A stretch of 64,000 bases of DNA from a virus: the IMG/VR virus record IMGVR_UViG_3300046535_002009, positions 46,061 to 110,060 of that record. One strand, 5' to 3'. Below are positions 17,861 through 26,194 of this stretch, piece after piece. The notes below the pieces were generated by a model. It worked only from the letters and a program-made list of their open reading frames with translations, ran no database searches and was not told where the DNA came from. Every line of letters starts with the position of its first letter. Position 1 is the stretch's first letter. Position numbers and translations under genes: made by a program.

Positions 17861-18466
17861 TCAGAGCGCGTTGTAGGCCTGGATGCGGGCGATGTCCCGG
17901 CCGGGCAGGGCGGTGGCGGGGTCGTGCGGGTCCATGCGGGCGGTGCCGCAGGCGGCGCAGGAGACGGCGCCTCGGGGCGTGGCGTCCCACCAGTTGTGGT
18001 CGTCGTAGGGTTCGCCGGTCGGGCACTTCTCGGCGGCCCAGCGGCGGTGCATGAGCTCGCGGCAGGGCTCGCAGATGACGGCGATCTCGCAACTGCCCTT
18101 CTTCCAGAGGCGGAAGTACGGGACGCCGTTGGCGAGTTCGGTGGGGCAGGTGGCGCAGCGGTCGGGCAGCGGCAGGGGCTCGCGGGGGGTCTGGTGCCAG
18201 AGGTGGACCGGGACGCCGTTGAGGGTGAAGTCCGCGCTCATGTCGGCCGGGTTCGGGTAGCTGACCTCGGCGGCCAGGACGATGCGGAGCTGGTGGCCGA
18301 TGTGGTCGGGGTCCGGGTGCTCAGGGTCGAGGGTGACGGAGATCTGCCAGCCGTCGTCGGAGCGCTGCATCTCGTAGTGGATCAGCTGCTCCGGGTCGAG
18401 GCAGTCGATCTCGTGGTCGAGGATGCGGGCGAGGACGTCGGCGGCCGCGGTGAGGTTCGCGGGCAA
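17861..18466 (-). CDS. Hypothetical protein with multiple CxxC motifs
   Basis: GGAG RBS plus TTG start; CATC, CEPC, CAAC. Confidence 0.65.
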   Translation of the reverse strand: MPANLTAAADVLARILDHEIDCLDPEQLIHYEMQRSDDGWQISVTLDPEHPDPDHIGHQLRIVLAAEVSYPNPADMSADFTLNGVPVHLWHQTPREPLPLPDRCATCPTELANGVPYFRLWKKGSCEIAVICEPCRELMHRRWAAEKCPTGEPYDDHNWWDATPRGAVSCAACGTARMDPHDPATALPGRDIARIQAYNAL

Positions 18467-18479
18467 CTGGGGCTCCAGG

Positions 18480-18767
18480 TCAGTGGTAGGCGTACGCGCG
18501 CCGCTCGGCGGCGTCGTCGTGGTCGGCGTAGGTGGTGCGGCAGTCGCCGCAGTACAGGTCGTCGTTGAGGCCCGGCCGCAGCTCGTCCTCGTCGTCGTGT
18601 CCGCAGGCGACGCAGGCCGGCGGGGCCAGGTGGAGCTCCGCCTCGATCCAGATGCGGGTGACGGCGCAGGAGGCATCGCGCGTGATGTGCTGCCCGCGCG
18701 CGGCGCGACCGTGCTGGGCTTCGGCGTTCAGGACCGCGGTGCTCAGGGCCCTTCGGGGCGGGTACAT
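18480..18767 (-). CDS. Zinc-finger hypothetical protein
   Basis: GGAG RBS; CVAC...CGDC. Confidence 0.6.
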   Translation of the reverse strand: MYPPRRALSTAVLNAEAQHGRAARGQHITRDASCAVTRIWIEAELHLAPPACVACGHDDEDELRPGLNDDLYCGDCRTTYADHDDAAERRAYAYH

Positions 18768-18867
18768 CGGGGCTCCGATCTGGTGCTGGTGGCGGTGGTT
18801 GGTGCCCGCCGCGGCGTTGCACGCGCGGCGCCGGCGGTCCGGGGGGCGGGTCCGGTCGGGCTGGGTG

Positions 18868-19551
18868 TCAGTCGAGGTCGACGACCAGGGCGGTGGCGTT
18901 GTCGGCGCGCTCTCCGCCGAGGCGGATGGCGGTGCGCACGATGAGGGAGGCGGTGTCCGCTGCCTGGCCGCGGCGGTAGTCGGCGAGGTTGTGCCCGTGG
19001 TCTTCGATGGGCTCGTAGGCGCCGTCGGAGGCGAGGAGGAGACGGCCGCGGGCAGGTACGACGGCGAGGCCGACAGGGCTGTCCGCTGCCGGGTATCCGA
19101 TGCAGGAGGTGACGATGTTGCGGGTGTACCGGCCGGGCTCAAGGCCCATGTCGAGGAGCTGTTGGCGCCGATTGTGGTCCGTGGTGAGGCGCAGCGCGGG
19201 GCCGGCCTCCGGGAGGAGGTAGGCGCGGACGTCACCGGACCAGGCGACGGTGAGGGTGCCGTTGTCGACGGTGGCGACGGCGGCGCAGGCGGAGGGGAGT
19301 TGGTTGAACTGCCCGGCCTGATCCTGTGCGGCCTCGGCGCGGGCCCGGGCGGTGGCGAGGGCGTACTCCGCGCCGTGGTGGGTCGCCTCACGGGCGACCC
19401 GGCTGGCCGTGAGGCGGGTCCAGCGGCGCACCTGCGGGTTGGAGCCGATGCCGTCGAGGAGGACGAAAGCCGGCATGCCCGTGAGGTTGACGCGGGCGGC
19501 GTCGCATTGGTGGCTGCGGCTACCGGTGAACTGGAGGATGGCGGGGAGCAT
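18868..19551 (-). CDS. PP2C/PPM-family Ser/Thr protein phosphatase
   Basis: R..QCD, LLDGIG, WSGDVRAY, LTTDHN, LLLASDG, DNAT metal-binding motifs; AAGGAG RBS. Confidence 0.88.
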   Translation of the reverse strand: MLPAILQFTGSRSHQCDAARVNLTGMPAFVLLDGIGSNPQVRRWTRLTASRVAREATHHGAEYALATARARAEAAQDQAGQFNQLPSACAAVATVDNGTLTVAWSGDVRAYLLPEAGPALRLTTDHNRRQQLLDMGLEPGRYTRNIVTSCIGYPAADSPVGLAVVPARGRLLLASDGAYEPIEDHGHNLADYRRGQAADTASLIVRTAIRLGGERADNATALVVDLD

Positions 19552-19756
19552 GCGCGGGTCTCCTTCGGGATCGGGTGGTGCGGTCCAGCGGCCGGGGTGG
19601 TCACGGCCGCCGGGCCCGGCTGGGGGTCCCCGGCCGGGGCCCAGGGGGTGGCTCCGACCGGGGAGTGCTGCGGCGTTGCGCAGCGGGGTGGCGCCCCAGG
19701 GGGTGGGCGCCGGGCCCGGCGGGCCGGGGGATGCCCGCCGGGGGTCTGTGGGCCCG

Positions 19757-20152
19757 TCAGGCCGCCTCCGGGAAGAGGACGAGGGCGACGGGGCGGGTGG
19801 CCTTGTAGGTGCGCAGGCCCTGGATGAGGGCCTTGTCGTCGGGGGCGTAGACGTAGACGTGGATCCACCGGCCGGTGGTGTGGTGCTGGACCCAGGCCTT
19901 GAGGGGGTCGCGGCCGTGGGTGGCGCGGTAGGCCTTGACGACGTGGCGGCCATACCACGACTGCTTGCCGTCGGGGAGCTCGATGAAGAGGCGGTCGAGC
20001 ATCTCGCTGGTGCGGATGAGCCAGCCGATCTCCAGGGCCTCGTTGAGGGCGGCGCCGTTGAGGATCCGGCAGTAGGCCGCGCGGGGCATCTGGACGGCGG
20101 CGCGGATCGCGGTGGTGGTCCGGCTGATGAACTTGCGGACGGTCGCCTTCAC
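19757..20152 (-). CDS. Basic hypothetical protein, possibly DNA-binding
   Basis: AAGGGGG RBS; SWYGRHVVKAYRATHGRDP...VYVY. Confidence 0.7.
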   Translation of the reverse strand: MKATVRKFISRTTTAIRAAVQMPRAAYCRILNGAALNEALEIGWLIRTSEMLDRLFIELPDGKQSWYGRHVVKAYRATHGRDPLKAWVQHHTTGRWIHVYVYAPDDKALIQGLRTYKATRPVALVLFPEAA

Positions 20153-20192
20153 GGTTGCCCCCCTTGGATGTTAGGTGGGCCCCTCGCCCTCC

Positions 20193-20300
20193 TTGTAGCT
20201 ACGAAACTACGCCTCTCGTAGCTACAAAGCAAGAGGGTTCGTCGAAATTTCGTAGCTACAACAGCGGGACGGTGGGATTGCCCGGTCGTAGCTACGACCG
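20193..20300. promoter_or_regulatory. Four GTAGCTAC palindromic operators in a divergent promoter region
   Basis: Copies at 20195, 20218, 20252 and 20288; the last is within the 18-bp palindrome CGGTCGTAGCTACGACCG between TTGCCC (-35) and TACCGT (-10). Confidence 0.8.
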
Positions 20301-20313
20301 TTACCGTTCGCCC

Positions 20314-20544
20314 ATGGCAGACGACGACTACGACAAGCCCCGACAGTTCCGCGCACCGGACGACGAGTGGGTGCCCTTCGAAGCCGCGACGAAGGCCGTC
20401 CACCCCAGCGGACGCAGCCCCCGTGCGGGCGTGCTCCGCGAGTTCATGCGCTGGTACATGCGCCGTCCCGGCGCCAAACTCCCCACGCGCCCGGACGCCG
20501 GCCCATGGTCTGTCCCCGCCGACGAAGCCACCGCCGCCGGCTGA
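20314..20544 (+). CDS. Probable ribbon-helix-helix regulator (leaderless)
   Basis: PRQFRAPDDEW..F...RAGVLREFMRWY; TACCGT 6 nt before ATG. Confidence 0.72.
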   Translation: MADDDYDKPRQFRAPDDEWVPFEAATKAVHPSGRSPRAGVLREFMRWYMRRPGAKLPTRPDAGPWSVPADEATAAG

Positions 20545-20606
20545 CACGGCCAACCCCACCCGCCGCCGGCCCGCTGCGCCGCGCGGCGCTTCGTGCTGCC
20601 CGCCCG

Positions 20607-20849
20607 TCACGGCCGCTCCCCCACCCACTGGTACGCCCAGTCCGCGCCGGCTGCCGACAGGGCCTCCGCCCGCCGGTACACGCCGCGCCGCAGCGGCAGC
20701 GGCTCGCCGACCTCGGCCTGGAGGAAGTCGTTCACCGAGGGCGGGATCGCCACGAGGAACTCGTACGGTGGGAACACCGGGTCGCCGGGGAGCACCAGGA
20801 GCAGGCCGTCCTGCGGGCCGCCGTACAGCTCGATCCGTACACCGCTCAC
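20607..20849 (-). CDS. Hypothetical protein (ELYGGPQDG)
   Basis: Coupled; common small phage protein motif. Confidence 0.6.
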   Translation of the reverse strand: MSGVRIELYGGPQDGLLLVLPGDPVFPPYEFLVAIPPSVNDFLQAEVGEPLPLRRGVYRRAEALSAAGADWAYQWVGERP

Positions 20850-21331
20850 AGCTGGATCACCTCCACCGGGATGCTGGCCGCCGCTGCGAGGCGCGCGCAC
20901 CCGCGGGTGCCGTACGAGCGCTGCCACGGGAAGGCGAGCATCCGGTGCGCACCGGCAGCGACCATCGCCGCGTTGCGCCGCGGGCCCGCCCCGGGGCAGT
21001 AGTCCGGCAGCCGACCGGGGTGGTGAACATCCCCGGGCCGCTTCACCCGGCGGTGCGGTCGCCGAGGACACGACGGGGCGCAGCTGTCCCAGTCGGCCGG
21101 CCACGGCTCCGCCGACACGAGGAAGCCGTAGCCCTGCAGTTCCCGGGCCCAGCGGTCCGCGTACCGGTCCGCGCCTTCCGGGCAGTCGCCGTGCACGACC
21201 ACCAGGTGGCCGCCACGCGGCAGCGCCTTCCACTTCGCGACCAGGTGCCTTCGCACCTCGCACTCCAGCGACCATGGCAGCTCCCGGCCGCCGGCCACCA
21301 ACAGGCGCCAGATCGGCGCGACGCTGTTCAC
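20846..21331 (-). CDS. YspA/SLOG-family (DUF2493-like) protein
   Basis: LLVAGGR, VVHGDCPEGAD, PADW, AGPRRNAAMV, LAFP..S.GT. Confidence 0.82.
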   Translation of the reverse strand: MNSVAPIWRLLVAGGRELPWSLECEVRRHLVAKWKALPRGGHLVVVHGDCPEGADRYADRWARELQGYGFLVSAEPWPADWDSCAPSCPRRPHRRVKRPGDVHHPGRLPDYCPGAGPRRNAAMVAAGAHRMLAFPWQRSYGTRGCARLAAAASIPVEVIQL

Positions 21332-21564
21332 TCCGGGTCCTGCGGGTCGTAGATCCGGGTCGGGCCCGCGGGCCCTTCCATGTGCCGCTCGCAGACCGGC
21401 AGCCACTCCCCCAGGTCGCGATACAGGCGCCAGCCGACGGCCGGCCTGCTGCACCCGCCGCCGTCGCAGGACTGCCCGTGCGTCGGCTCATTCGGAGCGG
21501 CCGGTCGGAGGCGGACGGGTCGGTGCCGAGCAGCGCCAGGCCGTCGTGCCGGACGCCCGCTCAT
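21328..21564 (-). CDS. Small Cys/His hypothetical protein
   Basis: Coupled; CDGGGC...CERH. Confidence 0.55.
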   Translation of the reverse strand: MSGRPARRPGAARHRPVRLRPAAPNEPTHGQSCDGGGCSRPAVGWRLYRDLGEWLPVCERHMEGPAGPTRIYDPQDPE

Positions 21565-21899
21565 GCCTGGGCCCCGCAGGTCCTGCAGGCGAACCCGGCC
21601 GGCGGGTCGTCCTCACACACTCGGCAGCTCGGTGCTCCGAGCAGGACGGCCGGCTCGACGCCGAGGACCGCCGCGAGTCCGCACAGCACGTCGACGCTCA
21701 TCGCCACATGGGCGCCGCTGCCGGACCGGCCGGTCTCCAGCCGGGTGAGGTGCTGCGTCGACATCGGCATCCCGAGCGCGGTCAGCTCTTGCGCGACGTC
21801 CGCCGCGGTCCGGCCGGCCCGGCGCCGCAGCCGCCGCACGTTTCGGCCGGCGAGCCGGGACGCCGCGGTGCCGCTCTCGGTCTTCCGGTGCCCGCTCAC
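21561..21899 (-). CDS. XRE-family HTH protein with C-terminal zinc ribbon
   Basis: NVRRLRRRAG.TAADVA...LTRLETG; CRVC...CRTC. Confidence 0.8.
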   Translation of the reverse strand: MSGHRKTESGTAASRLAGRNVRRLRRRAGRTAADVAQELTALGMPMSTQHLTRLETGRSGSGAHVAMSVDVLCGLAAVLGVEPAVLLGAPSCRVCEDDPPAGFACRTCGAQA

Positions 21900-22168
21900 C
21901 GCTGCGCCCCGGGCCAGGTCTCGTCCATGCGGGCTGCGAGGCGCCGCGCGGCGTTCGGTGTCGCGCCGTCCTTCAGCCGCCACGCCGTGTGGTCGCGTGT
22001 CCGTTCGCCCGCGCGTAGTTCCCGGCTGAGCTTCACCACGACCTCCGAGACGGCGTACACCGTCGCGTCCGGCGCGTGGACCTCGGCCCACTCCAGGAGC
22101 ACGTCACGCATCGCCCGCTCCCGCTCGCTCAGCTGCCAGGGGAGCCGGTTCGGCCGCTGCTCGGTCAT
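21896..22168 (-). CDS. Hypothetical protein
   Basis: Coupled on both sides. Confidence 0.55.
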   Translation of the reverse strand: MTEQRPNRLPWQLSERERAMRDVLLEWAEVHAPDATVYAVSEVVVKLSRELRAGERTRDHTAWRLKDGATPNAARRLAARMDETWPGAQR

Positions 22169-22542
22169 GCCTCGTCTCCCTCGGCCGGCTCCAGGCGGCG
22201 GGCGATCCGGTACGGCAGGCGCAGCCCGGCCCGCGCGAACTCCTCGGCCAGGAGGCGGAGGTACTCGCCGCGGTGGGCGTCGGTGAGGCGCTCGATGGCA
22301 CGCTGGCCGGCCTCGGCCTGGAGGTTGCGCCGGGTCCGGTGCTCGCGGGCGCTGCGCTGGCTCTGCGGGGCCCGGGTGGGCCGGGTGCGCTTGTGCGTGA
22401 GGTGGTAGGCGCCGCAGCTGCAGACGTACACCTGGAGGCGGCGGTCGGGGTCCTGCCGGAGCTGGGACCGGATGGACTCGTAGGCGGCCCCACGGTGGGC
22501 GTAGGCGCGCTTGTCTGGGGTCGGGCAGAGGCGGGTGGGCAT
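22165..22542 (-). CDS. Zinc-binding hypothetical protein
   Basis: CPTPDKRAY...VYVCSCGAYHLT. Confidence 0.7.
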   Translation of the reverse strand: MPTRLCPTPDKRAYAHRGAAYESIRSQLRQDPDRRLQVYVCSCGAYHLTHKRTRPTRAPQSQRSAREHRTRRNLQAEAGQRAIERLTDAHRGEYLRLLAEEFARAGLRLPYRIARRLEPAEGDEA

Positions 22543-22622
22543 CGGCAGTCCTGGCGGTGTCGTCGGGGCTCTGTGCGGCCGTGTGCAGGCTCGGCGCGGC
22601 TCGTGTTGTGGGGCGGCTCGGT

Positions 22623-22853
22623 TCAGGTGCGTCGGCGCTGCGTGTCGGGCAGGGCGGGCGGGAGGTCGGCGGCTTCGTAGCGGGTGGCGTGGGCCTTGCT
22701 AAGAAGCTGGCCGGAGGGCCGGTGGCAGGGCTTGCCGGGGGCGGCTCCGCAGTGCTGGCAGGCGATGTGGAGGACGGGGTCTCGGTGGCGGCGGAGGGCG
22801 TCGCGGAGGGACGGGGGGCAGGGCTCGCCTTGGCCTGGGCGTTGGGGGTTCAC
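22623..22853 (-). CDS. Phage zinc-finger protein
   Basis: CQHCGAAPGKPC...H.TR. Confidence 0.65.
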   Translation of the reverse strand: MNPQRPGQGEPCPPSLRDALRRHRDPVLHIACQHCGAAPGKPCHRPSGQLLSKAHATRYEAADLPPALPDTQRRRT

Positions 22854-23497
22854 GGGGTGGTGTCTTCCTCGGCGGTGGTGTTGCCGGCTCGGGCCTTGGC
22901 GAGGTCGGTGCGGCTGGGGTGGGGGTCGGCGTGTTTGCGTGGGGGTTTGCCTGGGCGGCCGCTGGTGCAGGAGCGGCCGGGTAGGGCGTGGCACTTGGGG
23001 CAGCCGACGGCGAAGGGGTTGGCGACGCCGGGGACTTGGGGCGGGGGTGGTGCTTCGCCGATGGCGGCGAGGGCGGCTTGGAGGCGGCGGCCCTGGGGGC
23101 CTGCTTCGAGTTCGAGCGGGCGCCGGTTCGCCGGGTTGAGCTGGTGGGCTGGGGGGACGGGGCGGCCGTCGCCGGCGGCGGCAAGGAGCCTGCGGAGGTT
23201 GCGGATGCCCTCGATGGGGGTCTCGTCCGGGTTGCCGGCGTACTGGAGGTTCGCGCGGTCGATGCGCGGTGCGCGTGCCTCGGCGCGGATCTGCCGGACG
23301 TGGAAGGGGAGGATCCAGCGGCGTCCGTCGAGGTCGCCTCGCCGGGTGTAGTAGATCGTGACGGCGGCGAGGGCGTCCTCGTCGAGGGGGATGTCGTGCA
23401 GGGCTGCGGCCCAGGCTTCTGCGGCGGCCTTCGACGGCATGCGGTTGTCGAAGGCGGCGGCTCTGGCCAGGAGGTCGAGTGCCTCGTCTCGGTTCAC
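22850..23497 (-). CDS. Putative helicase-loader-like replication protein with C-terminal zinc finger
   Basis: Follows the initiator; LLARAAAFDNR...AWAAAL; CPKCHALPGRSC..H. Confidence 0.65.
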   Translation of the reverse strand: MNRDEALDLLARAAAFDNRMPSKAAAEAWAAALHDIPLDEDALAAVTIYYTRRGDLDGRRWILPFHVRQIRAEARAPRIDRANLQYAGNPDETPIEGIRNLRRLLAAAGDGRPVPPAHQLNPANRRPLELEAGPQGRRLQAALAAIGEAPPPPQVPGVANPFAVGCPKCHALPGRSCTSGRPGKPPRKHADPHPSRTDLAKARAGNTTAEEDTTP

Positions 23498-24564
23498 GCG
23501 GGGTACTCCTCGTGGTCGCTCTTGAGGGCGAGCCAGCCGGCGACCCGGTCGTCGGTGGTGCTGTAGGCGGGGCGCTGCTGGCTGGGCTGGCGTCCGGCGG
23601 CGAGGCGTAGCTGGTCGTACTTCTCGCGGAGCTTGGGCATCGAGAGGACGTTGCCGCGCCAGAAGTCGTCTGCCTGGCACCAGCGGATCGCGTTGCACAG
23701 CTGCTCGGGGGTACGGCCGTCGATGTCGATGGCGCGGCGGGCGGCGTCGCGCCAGGCCTGCGTGATGCGGGGCCGCTTGGAGCCGTTGGCCTCGATGAGG
23801 TCGGCGAGGAGCGTGCACGCTTCTTCGACGTCGGGCCGGAGCGGCTCCGGGGTGCGCGTGGCGACGGCGTGGTTCGGACGAGGGTTCTTCCCTGCTCCCT
23901 GCTCCCTGCTCCCTGCTCCCTGATCAGGAGTGAGGATCTCGGGAACCTCTCCGGAGACCTTCGTGAGGGTTTCACGAGGTTCTCCGTAGGCGCCGTGACC
24001 TGCGCTGTTGTCGCGCTGTGGGGTCGGGGTGGGGGTCGCGGTGGGGAGTTGGAAGATCGTGGCGCCTGCACCGTGCCCGTGGTCCTCCGAGGGGTTTCCG
24101 GAGGGTGCCGGGGAGGTCCCGGAGAGGGCCGTGTCGATCTTCGTGAAGGCCTCCGGAGGATTTCGGGAGGGCTTCTGTGGGCGCTCCGGGTTCTTCGTGC
24201 GCCATTCGGCGAACTCTCCAGGTTCGTCGTGAGGGCAGGGCGGGATCTTCGGCTTCGCGGGGTGCTGCGGGCGCTGGTGCTCGGTCCAGTTCGGGCAGTG
24301 CAGGAAGCGCCGGCCGTCGACGTCGTAGCGGCACACGGAGCCGCTGTCGGCCATGAGGTCAAGCCAGGTGTCGACGTCCTCGGCCTGGATGCCGCGGTCT
24401 CTGGGGAAGCAGTCCGCGGCGATCAGGAGCCCGTCGTCGACGCCGCGGCCGTGGTCGTCGAGGTAGCCCCAGAGCAGAACGAAGAAGTAGCGGACGGGCA
24501 TGGGCCACGCGGAGACCGTGAGGGAGGTGCGCAGCTCGGGCTTGATCGCACGGATGCGGGCCAT
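23494..24564 (-). CDS. Phage replication initiator (replisome organizer)
   Basis: MARIRAIKPE..LW.YLDDHGRG N-terminus; WCQADDFWRGNVLSMPKLREKYDQL C-terminal domain. Confidence 0.85.
   Translation of the reverse strand: MARIRAIKPELRTSLTVSAWPMPVRYFFVLLWGYLDDHGRGVDDGLLIAADCFPRDRGIQAEDVDTWLDLMADSGSVCRYDVDGRRFLHCPNWTEHQRPQHPAKPKIPPCPHDEPGEFAEWRTKNPERPQKPSRNPPEAFTKIDTALSGTSPAPSGNPSEDHGHGAGATIFQLPTATPTPTPQRDNSAGHGAYGEPRETLTKVSGEVPEILTPDQGAGSREQGAGKNPRPNHAVATRTPEPLRPDVEEACTLLADLIEANGSKRPRITQAWRDAARRAIDIDGRTPEQLCNAIRWCQADDFWRGNVLSMPKLREKYDQLRLAAGRQPSQQRPAYSTTDDRVAGWLALKSDHEEYPA
23890..24180. repeat. Putative replication origin: 11-bp iterons plus (CCCTGCT)x4
   Basis: 11-bp-periodic YYTCSKGAG units at 23946-23989 and 24137-24180, more near 24081-24126; heptamer tandem at 23890-23924. 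Confidence 0.65.
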
Positions 24565-24634
24565 CAGGTGGTGGTCCTTCGGGTCGTGGGGCGGGAATGC
24601 GTGCCCGGGCGGTGGTGTGCCGCCCCGGGGCGGG

Positions 24635-24763
24635 TCAGCTGGTGCGGCGAGCGCGGGCGCGGCAGCGCGCGATGTCAGCGCTGGTGAGCGGGCGGCGGGT
24701 CCGGCCGCCGCGTAGGCAGTAGAGGCGGCGCAGGGCGCTCCGGCTGGGCCAGGCGTGGGTCAT
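24635..24763 (-). CDS. Small basic hypothetical protein
   Basis: ATGA coupling. Confidence 0.35.
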   Translation of the reverse strand: MTHAWPSRSALRRLYCLRGGRTRRPLTSADIARCRARARRTS

Positions 24764-25032
24764 CGCCCGGCGCAACGAGGGTCGTTGGGGACGACGGCGA
24801 CTGCCCCGTACGGGCTGTTGCCGTGGTACGTGGTGTAGACGCGGTTCGGGCCGTCGCACTTGGAGGCGACGTTGTTGAAGCCGTCGGGCATGGTGACGAC
24901 GTCCGCGGGCTGGTTGTTCATCCCGGCCCGGGGGGCGTCCTTGAACGGCTCGGTGGCCTTGTCCATGCAGCCGGTAAGGGTCAGGGCGAGGACGGCGATT
25001 CCTGCGGCGGCGAGGGCTCTGGTGGTGCGCAT
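24760..25032 (-). CDS. Small lipoprotein
   Basis: AAGGA RBS; lipobox LTGC; MPDGFNNVASKC. Confidence 0.8.
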   Translation of the reverse strand: MRTTRALAAAGIAVLALTLTGCMDKATEPFKDAPRAGMNNQPADVVTMPDGFNNVASKCDGPNRVYTTYHGNSPYGAVAVVPNDPRCAGR

Positions 25033-25091
25033 GTGGCGTTCCTTCGGGGAAGGCACGGTCGGCGTCCGACCGGGCCGGATGACTGGGTGGG

Positions 25092-25340
25092 TCAGCGTTT
25101 GGTGGGCGGCCCGTAGGGGCTCTGCCAGGCCGGCCGGTCGGTTCGGCGGGCGGGCTTGCCATTGGTGTCGAGCAGGCCTGCGGTCTTGAGGGCTTCGAGG
25201 TGCGCGGTCAGCTGACGGGCTGCGGCCTGCACCGCGGGGAGAAGCGCCTGGGCGAACTCTGTGATCGCGGCGCTGAGAGCTGCTCCTGCACGGAGCAGCG
25301 CCTCGCGTTCGGCGTCGGTGAGGGCGCTGGGCGTGTTCAC
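25092..25340 (-). CDS. Hypothetical protein (RPAWQSPYGP)
   Basis: Coupled. Confidence 0.6.
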   Translation of the reverse strand: MNTPSALTDAEREALLRAGAALSAAITEFAQALLPAVQAAARQLTAHLEALKTAGLLDTNGKPARRTDRPAWQSPYGPPTKR

Positions 25341-25492
25341 CGCAGTGTCTTCTCGGTGCGGTCGGCTGCCTGGCCGGTGCAGCAGGCGCGGGCGCAGCGG
25401 CCGCGGTCGGCCCAGGCCCGGGCGATGCGGCAGACGGCGATGGTTGCGCAGATCGTGACGACGACCAGCAGGTTGGCGAGGTACTCGTTCAT
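25337..25492 (-). CDS. Small membrane protein
   Basis: MNEYLANLLVVVTICATIAVC; RBS. Confidence 0.5.
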   Translation of the reverse strand: MNEYLANLLVVVTICATIAVCRIARAWADRGRCARACCTGQAADRTEKTLR

Positions 25493-25543
25493 CGGGATCC
25501 TTCCGGTGGGGCCCGGCCGGGGTGTCCGGCCGGGCGGGGCTGG

Positions 25544-26038
25544 CTAGTTGGTGGTGGGTACGGGCGCGAGGACACGCTTGCGGCGGCGGGGCCGGGTGGC
25601 GAGGTGGTGCGCGGCCATCCAGACGGCGCTGGGGGCGAGGGACGCGACGATGCCGATCACGGTGTTGACGGGGCCGTGGCCCGCGGCGTTGGCGAGCAGC
25701 GCGCCACTGGGGGCGAGGAGGGCGCCGGCGAAGCTGATCGGTCCCATCACGGTGAACGCGAGGTCGAGGGCGACGCCGAGGTTGGCCCAGCCGGTCCGGA
25801 CGTCGACCGGGTCGACCTTCTTGAAGTCGTCCATCGCCATGTCGGCGACGCTGCGGCGGGTGATCAGGGAGGCGCCGGCGAAGAGGAGGACTGCCAGGAC
25901 CAGCAGGTAGGCCAGGTACGTCAGCTGGTGGACGACGAGGGCCAGGAGGATGATCGCGCCTTCGGCGAGCATGGCGCGGTGCAGCGGGCGGCACCAGCGG
26001 TGGGGGCAGCTACGGGTCGGGGTGTGCGGCTTGCGCAT
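25544..26038 (-). CDS. Membrane protein (about 4 TM)
   Basis: GGGAG RBS; hydrophobic segments. Confidence 0.7.
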   Translation of the reverse strand: MRKPHTPTRSCPHRWCRPLHRAMLAEGAIILLALVVHQLTYLAYLLVLAVLLFAGASLITRRSVADMAMDDFKKVDPVDVRTGWANLGVALDLAFTVMGPISFAGALLAPSGALLANAAGHGPVNTVIGIVASLAPSAVWMAAHHLATRPRRRKRVLAPVPTTN

Positions 26039-26053
26039 GGAGAACTCCCGCTT

Positions 26054-26194
26054 TCAGAGAAGGTCGTCGAGGATGAAGTCGCCGAACCAGACGAGGACGG
26101 CGGCGACGGCCGCCCAGTGGGGGCTGCCGGTGGCGGCCCATGTGATGAGCCCGGCGAGGGCGGCGCCTGCTGTGCCAGCGAGGAAGCGAGTCAC
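26054..26194 (-). CDS. Small 2-TM protein
   Basis: Coupled to the vWA gene. Confidence 0.55.
   Translation of the reverse strand: MTRFLAGTAGAALAGLITWAATGSPHWAAVAAVLVWFGDFILDDLL

Noticed and set aside
20193-20300. Repeats as a mini-CRISPR array
   Set aside because: Repeats are only 8-12 bp with irregular spacing, there are no cas genes, and they overlap promoters, so they fit operators.
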